DNA from: Heptranchias perlo
Taxonomy: Eukaryota
Length of the DNA stretch: 64,000 bases
NCBI RefSeq assembly: GCF_035084215.1
Contig: NC_090328.1
Location: 127,472,001-127,536,000 of the forward strand
Direction of reading: 5' to 3'
In this document: positions 61,955 to 64,000 of the stretch, in pieces
Layout of the letters: each line of letters begins with the position of its first letter
Numbering within the stretch: position 1 is the stretch's first letter
Translations under genes and position numbers: made by a program
The notes under the pieces: generated by a model
Database searches by the model: none
Seen by the model: the letters and a program-made list of their open reading frames with translations, nothing else
What the model was told of the DNA's origin: nothing

Positions 61955-63345
61955 TTAAAACTGCAAATGCCGGAAATCTGAAAGAAAAATAGAAAGTGCC
62001 GGGCATACAGCAGGCCATTCAGTATCTATGGAGAAAAAGGACATGTCAGAGTTTTAGGTACAGCCCTTTATCAGAACTGCCAACTGAAAGATAAGTCCCA
62101 TAACAGGTTTGAAGGAAAGGTGGGATGGGGGGAAAGATATTCCAGTCACAGAGGAAGTTAATGGGTTCATTGACCTCCAAACTGCTTAATTAAAAAACGT
62201 GGCAATGGAAAGACATTAAATGAACAGGAGAGTGTGCAAATAGCTATGGCGGTGAAAAGACTTTGGATAGATCCACACAAAGAAAGAGACATGAAAGTGG
62301 GGAAAATTGATGAGGGTGAAGAACTGTAGACGTGAGAGGTTTGAAATGAAAAATGGAAACGCACAGTAGATCCGCCAGTGCCCAAAAGTGAAAATAAAAA
62401 CACGGCAGCACCAGAAAGGGCAGATCCCCTCTCTCCACCAGAACTGTGTTTTGACAAAGGATTTACACCTGAAACATTAACCCACCTCTCCTTCCCTAGA
62501 TGCTGACAGACCAGTCGCACATCACCAGAATTCCTCACTGTAAAGAAAGTGGAGGATATAATTAAGATCTGAAGTTACTAAAAGTAACTCTTCGAATCAG
62601 GGCTGCAGAGTGGCCAGGAGAAAGATGAGATATAATTCCTGATAATTGTGTTCAGCTTGGTTGGAACAGTCCAGGAGGCCAAATACAGAGAGGTCAAAGT
62701 GGGGATGGAAGGGGGTGTTAAAGTGGTGAGCGACCAGATGGCCAGGGTCGCACTTGTGGACAGAACAGAGGTGTTTTCCAAAATGGTCAATTGATTTGCG
62801 TTTAGCCTCCCCAATGTAGAGAAGACTGTACAATGAGCAGTGAATACAGTATATTAGATTGGAGGGAGTACACTTAATTGCTGTCTTCAACAGGAGGAGT
62901 ATTTAGGGCCATGAACAATGGGGAAGCAGGTGAATGAACAGGTGCTATATCTGCTGCGGGTGCATGGGAAAGTGCCAGGGAAAGGGCAGCTGGAGGCTGG
63001 GGTGGTGGAAGACTCGATCATGCCAGAACCAAAGGGGAGAGGGGAGCTTAAGGGAAGGTGTACTCGTTGGTGGGATCATGTTGTAGGCGGCGGAAAATAA
63101 TCTGGTGACTGTAGAGTCTAGTGGGTTCAAGGTGAGGGCAAGGGAGAGCCTCATTGTTTTGAGAGGAGGGAAGGGAAGTGAGAGCAGAATCACAGGCGAT
63201 GGGGAGGGCACAGCAAAGGTCCTGTCAGTCACTGTCGAGAGGAAAGTTCTGTTGAGGAAAAATGAAGACATTTCAGAAGCTCTGGTGCGGAAAGTAAATA
63301 CATAAGAGCAAATACAACAGAAATGGATAAGCTGGGAGAAGGAGA
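61955..63345 (-). mobile_element. Penelope-like element remnant (GIY-YIG endonuclease) with inverted terminal-repeat-derived arms
   Basis: CTPSNLIYCIHCS..LLYIGEAKRK...HF.KHL = PLE GIY-YIG motif (62597-62890); inverted arms ~62010-62077 and ~62448-62515. Confidence 0.8.
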
Positions 63346-63394
63346 TGATGGCCCAGATTTTGCTGGAGCGGGGCATCTCTCAACATAGTTAGAC

Positions 63395-64000
63395 TTTTTC
63401 CTGCACCTTCAGTTCGAAAATTTTTTTGCCGTACAAGTTGCCGGATGTTCGAACTGATAACGACGCGGTGAGGGCAACGGGGACCTTGGTGAACGACGGG
63501 ACCAACAGTCTATCTCCTTAACCAATGAGATTTAAGGATTGAGAAAGAAACAGAGGAACAATAGAGAAGGAAATGGGTTGAATTAGAGTCAAATCAGGTA
63601 CAGGAAGAGAAACAGAGAGGAAGAAAGGTTGGATCAAGAGAGAGAAAAAGAGACAGAAAGGAAAAGTAAGAAAAAAATTAAAACATTTAAAATTTAAAAT
63701 TTTTAAAATCTCGAACAACAATTTACTACCTGCAGGAATGAGACCACAGTTTCAATTGTTCCCTTTCTGGGATGGAGACATTAAGTGGCATTGCAGGAAC
63801 ATAAATCTCATCATTAAAAAAAGTACTTGGGCTGTTAAGTACTAGCCCTAACTTTCTGCAGTGAGCTTAATTGGCAATTAATGTGCAAATGCAACAAGTT
63901 CTTGAAACTGATGTGGAGGTTGAGGACGAGCCGCTGTTTTCGTGAGATTACGGCGGAGCGGTGCAAATCTTCCAGCAACTTGTGACGATTCGCATTTCAT
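63395..64000 (-). mobile_element. Non-coding interspersed repeat, copy 2 (runs off the window)
   Basis: Reverse-complement homologous to ~60760-61380. Confidence 0.65.

Noticed and set aside
29400-64000. SUCLG1 or TRABD2A exons expected from mammalian synteny with DNAH6
   Set aside because: No recognisable peptide matches in the ORF track or sequence

Overview
Eukaryotic, repeat-dense vertebrate DNA, probably from a cartilaginous fish (inferred from the CR1, L2, DeuSINE, Penelope and Harbinger repeat content). The left part holds the first four coding exons of axonemal dynein heavy chain 6 (DNAH6) on the minus strand. Its likely CpG-island promoter (RFX X-box plus forkhead motif near 26.27 kb) is wedged among three different GC-rich minisatellites, including a ~2.9 kb array of a 34-bp unit. 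The first intron carries an apparently intact autonomous PIF/Harbinger transposon (12397-16591) with TIRs, an AAT target-site duplication, a 3-exon Myb/SANT gene and an open DDE transposase. It is nested in opposite orientation inside a related deletion-derivative Harbinger (11382-18877). The rest is older Harbinger fossils, MITEs, CR1/L2 LINEs (one nearly full length with an esterase ORF1), a probable solo LTR, a Penelope-like remnant with decayed hammerhead motifs, and a candidate first exon of a divergent gene near 53 kb. No CRISPR or prokaryotic features are present. All coordinates were read by eye and repeat boundaries are approximate.
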